The notes below the pieces were generated by a model, which saw only the letters and a list, made by a program, of their open reading frames with translations, searched no databases and was not told the DNA's origin. DNA of 64,000 nt from an uncultured Acidobacteriaceae bacterium (lineage in GTDB: Bacteria; Acidobacteriota; Terriglobia; Terriglobales; Acidobacteriaceae). This document shows positions 38,164 to 48,700 of this stretch, piece after piece (position 1 is the stretch's first letter; the number at the start of each line of letters is the position of its first letter). The stretch is taken from assembly GCA_963709055.1 (NCBI GenBank), contig CAVPUZ010000024.1:2882-66881 (forward strand). The letters run 5' to 3'. Both the position numbers and the translations under genes were made by a program.

Positions 38164-41100
38164 ATGAAAACCAGACATTTTACGAGCGCAAACGCGTGGC
38201 ACAAACTCAGGTTCCCCCAGGGCTCGCCGCCTCCTGGTGCTCGCCATCATTCTTCTTCCTTGCCTTGCCTTGGCGGCAGCCCCTGGTGCCTTTCATCCAG
38301 CAAGTGAGCTCCCCCGTCAGTGGCGCCGGGCGCGTTACTGTGACGCTCACTATAACGGGCGCGAACTTCGATACACCACATTGCGGTGGTGCAGGCGACA
38401 ACTGCGAGCGGCACAGTTTACTCTGACCACCTTGGGCATCAACCCACGCTGAACTGTGCGCGACCTACACCGCCCCTAACCCAGCCGGAGTCGGTCTTCA
38501 TCACGGTGCAGAACAATGTCAGCAGCGTACTTACGACCTCGAACGCCATCCCGCTCCCCATTACCAACAGCGGCGCACGTTGTCTTTGGCGAACTCGAGT
38601 CATTACACAACAGGCAACGGGACCCCAAGTCCGATCAGCCATGGGCGATTTCAACAACGACGGCAAGCTGGACATGGCCGTCGTCAATTCCACCGATAAC
38701 ACCGTGTCGATCCTGCTCAGCAACGGCGACGGCACGTTCGACGGTCCATCGGGGCCTTGCCTGCGGGACCGCCTCCTGGGACCAACATCGCCGACCTACA
38801 AAGTGGGCCACAATCCGCAGGCGATCGTGGCTGTGGCGATTTCGACAACGACGGCAATCTGGACCTCGCCGTGGCCAACGAAAACGACAACACGATTTCG
38901 CATCCTGTTGGGCAATGGCAACGGGACTTTCCAAACGCAGACAACATTTCACCTGCGGTTCACCAGCAACTCCGTGCCGGGCCCATTGCGCTGGCGGCTG
39001 GCCGACTTCGATGCAGACGGCTACCTCGACTTGGCCGTCCTCGATCAGACCGACTCGGGCTGCCGGAAACACGTCGGGTCCGATGGGTCGGTTTACGTGT
39101 CACAAAAGTAGACGAGCAGCCCACCGGTACACTCATTTTCGACGCTTGCAATCTTCCTGCGTGGGGATTCTTCCCACCGCAGTGATCGCGGGCAGATTTC
39201 GCAGGTTTCATGACGCGCCCGATCTGGTGGTCGTCAACGAAGGCGGTGGCTAACGCAACCTGCCCGCCGGCCAGACGGCACGGTTACTTTCATAAGCAAC
39301 TTTTCATCACTGATCCAATATCTTCGGTAGCATCGAGCAATTACTGTGCCGGCCAAGGTCCGAGCGCAGCGGTGCAGCCGGTGACTTCAACGGCGATGGC
39401 GTACTTGATCTCGTCGTCACCAATGCGACCGGCGCTCAAATCGCCTTCCTGGCGGGTAACGGCAGCGGCTTGGGTTTCAATTTCCATGACTCCGGCCACC
39501 TTTCCCGTCGGGTGGCCTCGTTCCGAACTCCATCGTTGCCGGCGATTTCAACGGCGACGGCATCCTCGACGTCGCCGTCGCCGACCAGGGCAACAGCGAG
39601 GTTTCCATCCTGCAGGGCGATGGCACCGGCAATTTCACGCCCGCCAATGGATCGCCTTACGTCACAAACACGACTTACGGTGGCAGGGGACCGACTTCCC
39701 TGGTGGCCGCCGACTTCAATGGCGACGGCAAGCTCGACGTCGCTACTTCGGACGAGAGTGACAACTTCGTGACTGTCATGCTCCAGTCCCCGGCGATTCA
39801 GTTCTCGCCATCGAGCTTGACCTTTGGCCTGGTGCCGGAGGGCTCGGTGAGTCCGGCGCAGACGGTGAAGGTCACCAACACCGGCACCATTTCCGCGTCC
39901 GTCACTTCCGTCAACGTTAGCGGCCAATTCAAGTTGGACGCTGGCTCGACGACCTGTCCGACTGCGCCTTTCCCACTGGCTGGCGGCGCTTCCTGCTACA
40001 TCGGGGTGACCTTTGACCCCACATCCATCGGCACCGCAACCGGCGCCTTGACGCTGCAGACCAGCACCGGAGTCGCGGTGAACGTCAGTCTCGGCGGCTC
40101 GGGTATTGCTCCCGTCCTCAATTTCTCTCCAGCTACCGTGACGTTCGGTGGTATCCTCGTCGGCACCGCGGCCCCCACCATTACCGTGAATGTCACCAAC
40201 GTTGGCGATTACGCCGCGACCATCGGTTCCATCGTCATTCCGGACATGCCTGAGTTCGGTGAGACAGACAACTGCGTCGGGACCAATCTGGCGGCAGGGA
40301 GCGGCACCTGCACCATCACGGTGAGCTTTACGCCCTCTGCAGCAGGGCTTCGCACTTCCCCGATGAACGTCTCGTTCAGCATCACGGGCGGCGGGACGAA
40401 TATCCCGGCGGTAGTTCCTTTGTCGGGCGATGGCACGGCTCCGACTAGCCTTCTTTACGCCTACGCCCTTAATATTCGCCAACCAGTCGGTGGGCACTGC
40501 ACCCAGCTTGGGCCGTCAACCGTTTACCTGTTGAACGACGGCACCGCGCCGCTGACCATCAGTAATACGAATGCATTATCACCGGCACCAACCCTGGCGA
40601 CTTCTCCATCCAGAGCAGTAACTGCCCCTGTCCCCCGCTACCCTCGCGGTCAGCACAGTTGCCGGGTCAATGTCACCTTTACGCCGTCGGCCGAAGTCCA
40701 GCGTTCCGCGTTACTCCAGTTCACCGACAACAACAACGCAGTAAATGGCTCCACCCAAACCGTCGGATTGTCCGGCAACGGCTCGGGCCCGATCGTCAGC
40801 ATCTCGGGCGCTCCCGTAGTATTCGGCAGCCAGCAGGTAGGGACGACGAGCGGACCCGCGTACTGTGTACCTGTCGAACCTCGGCACCGGGCCGCTGACC
40901 ATCACCTCCGTCGTTCTCTCGACGCAACCCAGCCGACTTCCATCTGATCGCCAGTTGCCCGTTGTCCGGCACAGGTTGCGCAGTATCGGCAGTTGCTCGG
41001 TCATGATCACTTTCACGCCGAGCGCTGCGGGGACGCGTTCTGCCACGCTTACCTTCACCGATAACAACAATGCCGTAAATGGCAGCACAGCAGACGGTGA

Positions 41101-41778
41101 CTATGACCGGCACAGGCTCGGCCTGGAACGGCCAGCATATCCACCGGGTCAGTCGCCTTCGGTGCCGTACCGATCACCACCACCGTTGGACCCATGAGCT
41201 TCATGATCTCGAACACGGGCACCGCGCCGCTCACGGTTTACTCAATTCAGATCAGCCCGCCAACTGGCGAGTTCACCGAAACCAACAACTGCGTCGGCAC
41301 GATCGCCGTCGGGGGCAACTGCACCGTGATGGTGAAGTTCACGCCGTCGATGATGGGACTCCGGACTGCCACCCTCACCATCACCGACAATAGCGGCGTC
41401 TGCGCGAGCTGCAGCACCACACAGACGGTGAACCTGAGCGGCACGGGCACGGATTTCTCGATATCCGTCTCGCCCAGCAAACTGACTGTTTCGCCCGGCA
41501 AAGTTGCCCTTTTCACGCTGACCCTCAACCCGATCAGCGGTTTCAGCGGCAATGTAACCCTGGGCTGTAGCGTATCCCCAGCCAATGGCACGACTTGTAC
41601 CGTCCCTGCCGGAACAGTTACGATCAGCGGAGGGATGCAAAAGCACATTGGGGTGTCGGCCAGACCGAAGAAAGCGAAGAACCCATACACACTGACTTTC
41701 TCGGCGACTTATACCGCGACTCCGCCATCCGTCGGCACAATAACGCGCACGACAACGGCACAGGTGACCAGTAAATGA
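38164..41778 (+). pseudogene. large secreted FG-GAP/VCBS-repeat + choice-of-anchor-D (ASH/Ig-like) surface protein, many frame changes
   Basis: ATG at 38164, with a signal peptide in an adjacent frame (LLVLAIILLPCLALAAAPGA). At least six FG-GAP-type repeats are present (GDFNNDGKLDMAVVNSTDNTVSILLSNGDGTF; GDFDNDGNLDLAVANENDNTIS; ADFDADGYLDLAVLDQ; GDFNGDGVLDLVVTNATGAQIAFLAGNGSG; GDFNGDGILDVAVADQGNSEVSILQGDGTGNF; ADFNGDGKLDVATSDESDNFVTVML). Repeated modules of about 100 aa follow (LTFG..VG..S..Q.V.VTN.G....I.S...SG.F....NC...L..G..C.I.V.F.P...G) across ORFs 39703-40947, 40865-41197 and 41194-41778. Confidence 0.75.
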
Positions 41779-41817
41779 CGAGGAAAGGACCGCGGGAAGG
41801 TCGGAAGCAAAGTGGAT

Positions 41818-41852
41818 GAGCGAGGGAAGGGGCAGAGTCCCTTCCCTCGCTC
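41818..41852. terminator. strong bidirectional stem-loop terminator between convergent genes
   Basis: Perfect 14-bp stem, GAGCGAGGGAAGGG (41818-41831) with CCCTTCCCTCGCTC (41839-41852), and a 7-nt loop GCAGAGT. It lies 40 nt after the stop at 41778 and 53 nt after the minus-strand stop at 41905. Confidence 0.7.
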
Positions 41853-41904
41853 TTCTCGATCCGGTTCGATCACCTCACTCTGCGGCCAGGGCGATGGCAG
41901 GAAG

Positions 41905-42821
41905 TCAGAGCAGATCCCGGTACCGCTCCAAAGCCACGCGAACCAGTTGGCTTCGAGTTCGCACTTCGGTTTTGCCAAACAGTTGCTGCAGAGTATTTTT
42001 GACCGCACTTTCCGAGATGTCCATCTTGGACGGCGATTTCCTTGTTTGCCAAGCCCTGAACAACTAAACGGAGCACCTCCAGTTCACGATTACTGAGGGT
42101 GCGGGCGCTCTTTTTGCGCCAATGACACCGCGGCCGACCCAGCCGTGGCATTCTGCTCCTCGCTTACATCGGCGATGATGGCCGCTAGCTTCGGCCTCGT
42201 ACCTTCCTTGTAGGTGGAGAACCAGACTTCCGCCAGAAAGGACTCTCCGTTGCCTCGATGGCCGCGGCATTGCATCGAGGTGCGGAACTGCGGTCCCTCT
42301 TCCCAGCGCAACGCGTGATGCAGTTCCGGCAGGAAGGCTGCGATCGGCTGCCCGATCAGATCTCCATTATGCGGAGCCATGGTTTCCACCGCGGCCCGGT
42401 TTGCCAATTCGATGAAGCCGCGTTCATCCACGGTGACAATGGCCGCCGGACTCGTCTCCACCAGGACGCGTATTCGCTCCTGAGCCTCCAGGCTCATTCT
42501 CCGGTTCCGGAGAACTTCGGCAGTCAGTAGCCCGCAGCCACAGAGCGCCAGCGCTTCAAATCCAAGCCGGATGTGAGCATCCGCCGGATCGAGGTTGCTG
42601 AAACGCTCACTGAGCAATGCACAGGCAACTCCCAACGAAACGGTTGCCCAGCGAGGGAGGAATCCGGCGGCTAGCATGATCGGGAACAGATAAAGGAAGC
42701 CGAGAGAGAAATAGGGCTTTGTCCACCAATCCACGCCAGCGATTGCCAAAACGATCACAGCGCTGGCCATGAGGACCGGGGTCTGGTTGCGCCGATCCCA
42801 AATCCACTCCAAATGAGGCAT
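41905..42821 (-). pseudogene. membrane-anchored PAS - LuxR-type HTH one-component regulator, two frame changes
   Basis: ORF 42090-42881 has several TM helices and then a PAS domain (LVETSPAAIVTVDERGFIELANRAAVETMAP...). The HTH begins in ORF 41870-42151 (LSNRELEVLRLVVQGLANKEIA) and continues in a third frame (KMDISESAVKNTLQQLFGKTEVRTRSQLVRVALERYRDLL, stop 41905-41907). The shifts fall in an A5 run and a CC run. The likely start is the ATG at 42821. Confidence 0.7.
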
Positions 42822-43142
42822 GAACTTGATTTTAAACGTCGGATTATGGCACTCGTCGTTGTATTCCTTGAACCCAATCAAACGATTTGTCTACAAGATT
42901 AAGGTTTTAGAGTTACATTGCGATGCTGTGCGTGGAGTTGTCTGAGATAATTTCTCGCACGCCGAAACCAGTCCTGACCGGAAGCCCCCCGGCATTCAAG
43001 GACGAGTCGACTAGTATGGAACGAAAAAAACGCTCCTGACCTGGGCTGCCCTTAAATCGCAGCGAATGAAAACTTGATGATCTTTTGCATGCCTTCAACC
43101 TCTTTAGACCAAGACACGGCTCATTTTGTTGAATCTCGCACG

Positions 43143-44417
43143 ATGGGCCGGTGGTCGAGTCTCCTTTTCGCAATGCTGTTGATTGCGGCAGGTCTCATGA
43201 GGACGTCACAGGCCCAGGAGATTCTTAGTTGGGACGACATCCGGCAGCGCTTCGAGCAGAACAATCCCACTCTGCTGGCGGACAAACTGAGTGTCGACGA
43301 ATCGAGAGCGCAGGAGATCACTGCATTTCTGCGGCCCAATCCGAACTTATCGCTGCTGGTGGATGGGACCCAGATCGCTCCCGACCATGGAGTCTGGCAG
43401 CCCTTTGCCGGCACGTTTGAGTCGCCCGGCATCAGTTATCTGCACGAACGGCGGCACAAACGCGAGTTGCGTCTGGAAAGCGCAAAGAAGGAGACGCTGA
43501 TTGCCGAGTCGACTCACGCCGATCTCGAGAGAACTCTGCTCTTCAGCCTGCGCGGGGCGTTCGTGTCAACCCTCCAGGCGAAGGCCACGCTCCAGTTAGC
43601 AAAAGACAACCTCGCCTACTACGACCGCGTGCTTGATATCAGCAGAAACCGGTTCAGTGCGGGTGACATAGCGCAGATTGATCTCGACCGGCTGGAGTTG
43701 CAGCGCGTGCAGTATGAATCGGACTTGCAGGCTGCCGGGGAGAACCTTGAAACCGCCAAGATTCAACTGCTCACGCTCTTGAACTCCCGAACGCCGCCCG
43801 ATCAGTTTGATGTGACCGGCCCTTACGATTTCAATGACCGGCTCCCGCCCCGCGAGGAATTTCGGAAGATTGCCATGGACACGCGGCCGGACTTGAAGGC
43901 AGCCGTCGAAGCGGTGGACAAAGCCCAGACCGATCACAAGCTCGCAGTCGCCAACGGCTCCACCGATCCGACCCTGGCCGCATGGTATACGCACAACTCA
44001 TCCACCAATAATCCTTTTGCCATAAATACAATCGGCGTCAGCGTTAACATTCCGCTGCGCATCTTCGACCGCAATCAGGGAGAGAAGTTGCGCACGCAGC
44101 TCGATATCAGGCGCAATGAAAAATTGCGCGATGCCGCCGAAGCCCAGGTGCTCAGCGACGTCGACTCCAGCTACGCCAGCGTGGACAGCAACCTGGTTCT
44201 CCTGCGGCCTTACAAGGCCAAGTACTTGCAACAATCGGTCCGCGTGCGGGATACGATTACATTTTCCTACCAGCACGGCGGAGCGTCGCTGCTCGACTTT
44301 CTGAACGCGCAGGCGGAATACCGCAGCGTGCAGTTGAACTATGTGAATCTCGTGGGTTCGTATTTAGCGGCCGCTGCCCAGTTGAACGAGGCAGTCGGCA
44401 GAGAAGTGATCCAATGA
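43143..44417 (+). CDS. TolC-family outer-membrane efflux protein (CzcC-like)
   Basis: The track ORF is 43074-44417. The ATG at 43143 gives a signal peptide (MGRWSSLLFAMLLIAAGLMRTSQAQE). Two OEP repeats are present. The stop overlaps the next start (ATGA). Confidence 0.85.
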   Translation: MGRWSSLLFAMLLIAAGLMRTSQAQEILSWDDIRQRFEQNNPTLLADKLSVDESRAQEITAFLRPNPNLSLLVDGTQIAPDHGVWQPFAGTFESPGISYLHERRHKRELRLESAKKETLIAESTHADLERTLLFSLRGAFVSTLQAKATLQLAKDNLAYYDRVLDISRNRFSAGDIAQIDLDRLELQRVQYESDLQAAGENLETAKIQLLTLLNSRTPPDQFDVTGPYDFNDRLPPREEFRKIAMDTRPDLKAAVEAVDKAQTDHKLAVANGSTDPTLAAWYTHNSSTNNPFAINTIGVSVNIPLRIFDRNQGEKLRTQLDIRRNEKLRDAAEAQVLSDVDSSYASVDSNLVLLRPYKAKYLQQSVRVRDTITFSYQHGGASLLDFLNAQAEYRSVQLNYVNLVGSYLAAAAQLNEAVGREVIQ

Positions 44418-45550
44418 AAATCAGATTCGCGGGCGTGATTTTGATAACGATTCTTTGTCTTCCTTTATTTCTGTTGGTTGCATGCAGTGGCAAGGAAGAC
44501 CCGAAGGCCGAAGCGCCGCCCAAGGCAACCGTGGAGCCCGACCTCGACGCCAACAATTTCAAGGTCGATCACCCCGACCAGTTTCCGCTGGCGACGGCAG
44601 TTGAGTATAAAGACGTTCCTGCATTGAACGTGACGGGCGCGGTGCAGCCTGACATCGCGCGTGCCGTGCCTGTAGTCTCGTTGGCTTCCGGGCGGGTGGT
44701 GGAAATCAAGGCCCGGCTGGGCGACACAGTAAAGAAAGGCCAACTGCTTTTGCGAGTTCAAAGCAGCGATGTGACAGGTGCGTATCAGAATTATCTCAAA
44801 GCGGTGAACGATGAGCGGCTGGCGCGGCAACAATTCGAGCGCGCCCAATTGCTGTATGAAAAAGGCGCCATCGCTCAGAGCGCATTGGAATCTGCCCAAG
44901 CCGCCGAAGGCGATGCAAAAGTCGATCTGAATGCCACCGTTGAACAGTTGCGCTTGCTCGGGGTAGACAAGGATCACCCCTCCGGCATTGTCGATGTCGT
45001 CGCTCCCATCTCAGGAGTGATTACCGATCAGCAGGTGACCAACGCGGCTGGCATCCAGGGACTTTCCGGTCCCAATCCGTTTACCATCTCCGACCTTTCC
45101 TATGTGTGGATCGTTTGTGATGTCTACGAAAACGATCTCGACGCCGTGCACGTCGGCGAAACCGCCGATATTCGTCTGAATGCCTATCCCGGCAAAGTCT
45201 TCAAGGGCCGCATCGATAACATTCTGCCGGTTCTCGATCCAACCCTCCGCACCACCAAGGTGCGCATCGAAGTGCCCAACCCCGGATTGATGCGCGTCGG
45301 CATGTTCGTGACCGCGACCTTCTATGGCAAGCAGCCGGAGACTCACGCTGCCATTCCGGCCACCGCAATTCTGCACTTGCATGACCGGGAGTGGGTTTAC
45401 GCGCCCATCGGTTCCGGCCATTTCAAGCGCCTTGAGGTCGTCACCGGCAAAGTGCTTCCCGGAAATATGCAGGAGGTTGTCTCCGGCCTCAAACCGGGCG
45501 ATCAGGTGGTCTCGAATGCCCTCCCGCTGCAGAACACGGTGGAGCAATGA
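44414..45550 (+). CDS. efflux RND periplasmic adaptor subunit (CzcB/CusB-like)
   Basis: 378-aa ORF with a lipoprotein-like N-terminus (LFLLVACSG), plus biotinyl-lipoyl, hairpin and beta-barrel MFP regions. Confidence 0.88.
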   Translation: MKIRFAGVILITILCLPLFLLVACSGKEDPKAEAPPKATVEPDLDANNFKVDHPDQFPLATAVEYKDVPALNVTGAVQPDIARAVPVVSLASGRVVEIKARLGDTVKKGQLLLRVQSSDVTGAYQNYLKAVNDERLARQQFERAQLLYEKGAIAQSALESAQAAEGDAKVDLNATVEQLRLLGVDKDHPSGIVDVVAPISGVITDQQVTNAAGIQGLSGPNPFTISDLSYVWIVCDVYENDLDAVHVGETADIRLNAYPGKVFKGRIDNILPVLDPTLRTTKVRIEVPNPGLMRVGMFVTATFYGKQPETHAAIPATAILHLHDREWVYAPIGSGHFKRLEVVTGKVLPGNMQEVVSGLKPGDQVVSNALPLQNTVEQ

Positions 45551-45576
45551 GCATGAACGCAGAAACGAGAAGCGCA

Positions 45577-45636
45577 AGTGCAGAAAGAAGTGCAGAAGGA
45601 AGCGCGGAAGGAAGTGCAGAAGGAGGCGCGGAAGTC
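45577..45636. repeat. imperfect 5 x 12-nt tandem repeat (AGTGCAGAAGGA-type)
   Basis: Read directly: agtgcagaaaga agtgcagaagga agcgcggaagga agtgcagaagga ggcgcggaagtc. It lies in the czcB-czcA spacer, inside the small ORF at 45547-45723. Confidence 0.85.
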
Positions 45637-45704
45637 AGAGAAGCCACGGACCTTGGCTCCCTCAAGCGCAATCACAAGTTAGACATGTTAACTCGGCGCT
45701 GGGT

Positions 45705-45736
45705 GCTGAGAACTGACAACTGAGAACTGAGAACTG
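45705..45736. repeat. heptanucleotide tandem array (CTGAGAA / CTGACAA x4), 7 nt upstream of the czcA-like ATG
   Basis: TGA occurs at 45707, 45714, 45721 and 45728, so all three frames are closed. The CTGAGAA unit is the same as in the minus-strand reading of the array at 233-246. Confidence 0.85.
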
Positions 45737-45742
45737 TATTTT

Positions 45743-48700
45743 ATGATTCGCCGCGTCGTCGATTTCGCTCTAAACAACCGCCTGCTGGTCGTGGCGCTGG
45801 CGTTGATCCTTTTCGCCTGGGGGATTGTTTCCTTCGAGCGGTTGCCCATCGAGGCCTATCCCGACGTCGCCGACAATTACGTTGAAATCATCACTCAGTG
45901 GCCGGGAATCTCCGCGGAACAAATCGAACAACAGGTCACGATTCCGCTGGAGATCGTCATGAACGGCATCCCTCAGACCGTTCACCTGCGTTCCTTCTCG
46001 CTCTTCGGCCTTTCCGATATCAAGCTGATTTTCGATGACGGCTCCGACAACGCCTGGAACCGGGAACGAGTTTTGGAGCGCCTCAGCCAGGTCACGCTTC
46101 CTCCCGGCGTCGTGCCGCAAATGGGGACCGACTGGAGTCCGGTAGGCCAGATCTATTTCTTCACGCTGCACAGCACAAATCCGAAATATGACGCAATGGA
46201 ACTCAAGTCCATTGAAGACTGGATTGTGGAAAAGAACTTCAAGGCTGTGCCTGATGTGGTCGATGTCGCCAGCTTCGGCGGCCCCACGCGTGAATATCAG
46301 GTCCGCGTCGATCCCAATAAACTGGTCGCCTACGGCCTGAGTCTCGCGCAGGTCGAGCAGCAACTCACCAACAACAACACGAACGCCGGTGGCAGCTTCA
46401 TCCAGGAGGGCCTGCAGCAAATCAACGTGCGCGCAGTCGGATTAGTCAATCGCGTGCAGGATATCGAGCAAACCGTCATCACCACGAAAAACGGCACGCC
46501 CATCCGCGTCAGAGACATCGGCGTCGTCGAACAGGGCGCGAAAATCCGGCTCGGCCAGTTTGCGAGGACTTGCAGTGAGTGTCCCTACGGTCCTAACGGC
46601 GCAATTGTGCATGAAGACGGCAGGATCATCGACAATGACGATGTGATTTCCGGTATCGCGCTCTTACGCAAAGGCGCGCCCGCCGACGCCGCGCTCGAAG
46701 GCATCCACCAGAAAGTTGAGGAACTTAACGACCACATCCTTCCCCATGGCGTCAAGATCGTTCCCTTCATCGATCGCAGCTCACTCGTGCACTACACCAG
46801 CCATACCGTGCTGCACAATCTCTCCGAAGGAATGATCCTGGTCTCGATCATCCTCTTCCTGTTTCTGGGCAACGTGCGGGGCGCTCTGATCGTCGCCGCG
46901 ACCATTCCGTTTTCATTGCTTTTTGCCGCCATTTGCCTCGACTTGAGTCACATTCCCGCCAACCTTCTGTCGATCGGCGCTTTAGATTTTGGCGTGTTGG
47001 TTGAAGGTGCAATCGTGCTGATCGAAAACATCGTGCACTCTCTCAGCCACGCCTCCAGTGGCACCAAAACTCCCATCGAGAGAATCAGCGACTCATCCCA
47101 CGAAGTTCAGCGCCCCGTCTTCTACGCCATCATCATCACCATCACCGCCTTTTTGCCGATCTTCACCCTCCAGCGCGTCGAAGGCCGTCTGTTCCGTCCC
47201 ATGGCGTGGACCATGGCATTCGCGCTGCTTGGCGCGCTGTTCTTCTCCATTGTCGTCTCTCCCGTGCTGGCCAGCTTTGCCTTTGCGAAAGGCGCCAGCG
47301 AATGGCGCAATCCGCTCATGCACTGGTTGATTGAGCAATATCGGGTTACCGTGCGCTGGGCGATCCACCACCGGGCCATTACAGTTGGGGTTTGTGGGTT
47401 GGCCGTCGCCATCGGAAATTTTCTTGCCTTCGGTGGCCTGATCGGCTCCGAATTTCTTCCTCATCTCGACGAAGGCGCGATTTGGGTCCGTGGCGTGCTC
47501 GCGCCGAGCACCGGCCCCGACGAGGGAATCCGTGTCGCCAACCAGGCCCGCATCGTTCTGTGTTCGTTTCCTGAAGTTCCGCAATGCACCAGCCAGGTTG
47601 GACGCCCCGACGACGGAACCGATACCACCGGCTTCTTCGATACCGAATATTTCGTCGATCTGAAGCCCAAGGAACAATGGCGTCCCGTCTTCCACGAAAA
47701 CAAAGAGGAACTCATCGCCGCCATGCAACGCGAACTCGACAAGATTCCCGGCGTCCTCTGGGGATTCTCGCAACCCATCGAAGACAACATGGAAGAAGCC
47801 GTCAGCGGCGTCAAAGGCGAACTGGCTACCAAGATCTATGGCGATGATTTGAAGGTTCTGGAAGAAACGGCCGATCAAATCGTCGGCGTAATGAGCCAAG
47901 TCAATGGCGTGGAGGATCTGGGGGTTTTCCGCGTGCTCGGCCAGCCGAACCTGAACGTGACCGTCGACCGTGACGCCGCCGCGCGCTACCAGATCAACGT
48001 CGCTGATGTACAGGATGCAGTCCAAACGGCGGTTGGTGGCAACGCGCTCACTCAAGTCCTCCAGGGAGAGGCGCGTTATGACCTCACTTTGCGCTATCTC
48101 CCGCAATATCGCGATACCCGGGACGCGATCGAAAAAATCCGTCTGTTGTCACCTTCCGGAGAGCGCGTATCGCTGGCTCAGCTCTGCCATATTAAGGAGG
48201 CAGACGGCGGCTCGGAGATTTATCGCGAAGGCAATCGCCGTTACATTGCCATCAAGTACAGTGTTCGCGGCCGCGACCTCGGCAGTACCGTGGAAGAGGC
48301 AATGAAAAAGGTCGACGAGCGCGTCAAGCTGCCCGCCGGATACACCCTGGATTGGGAGGGAGAATACAAGAGTCAGAAGCGGGCCAATGCGCGCCTGTTG
48401 ATCGTTCTCCCCATCACAATTTTCATTATCTTCATCATCCTCTACACCATGTTTAAATCCTTCAAATGGGCGTTGTTGATTATGGTTAATATTGCGGTTG
48501 CGCCCATTGGTGGTCTGATCGCGCTGCTCATTACAGGCACACACTTCAGCGTTTCCTCAGGCGTCGGTTTCCTGGCGCTGTTTGGTGTCTGCGTGCAAAC
48601 GGGAGTGATCATGCTCGAGTACATCAATCAGCTCCGGGTGCGGCGCTATTCCGTCGAAGACGCTGCCGTCGAAGGAGCGGTGATGCGATTGCGGCCTATT

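Noticed and set aside
42904-42912. GTTTTAGAG motif resembling the start of a type II CRISPR repeat
   Set aside because: It occurs once. There is no repeat-spacer periodicity and no cas genes anywhere in the window.
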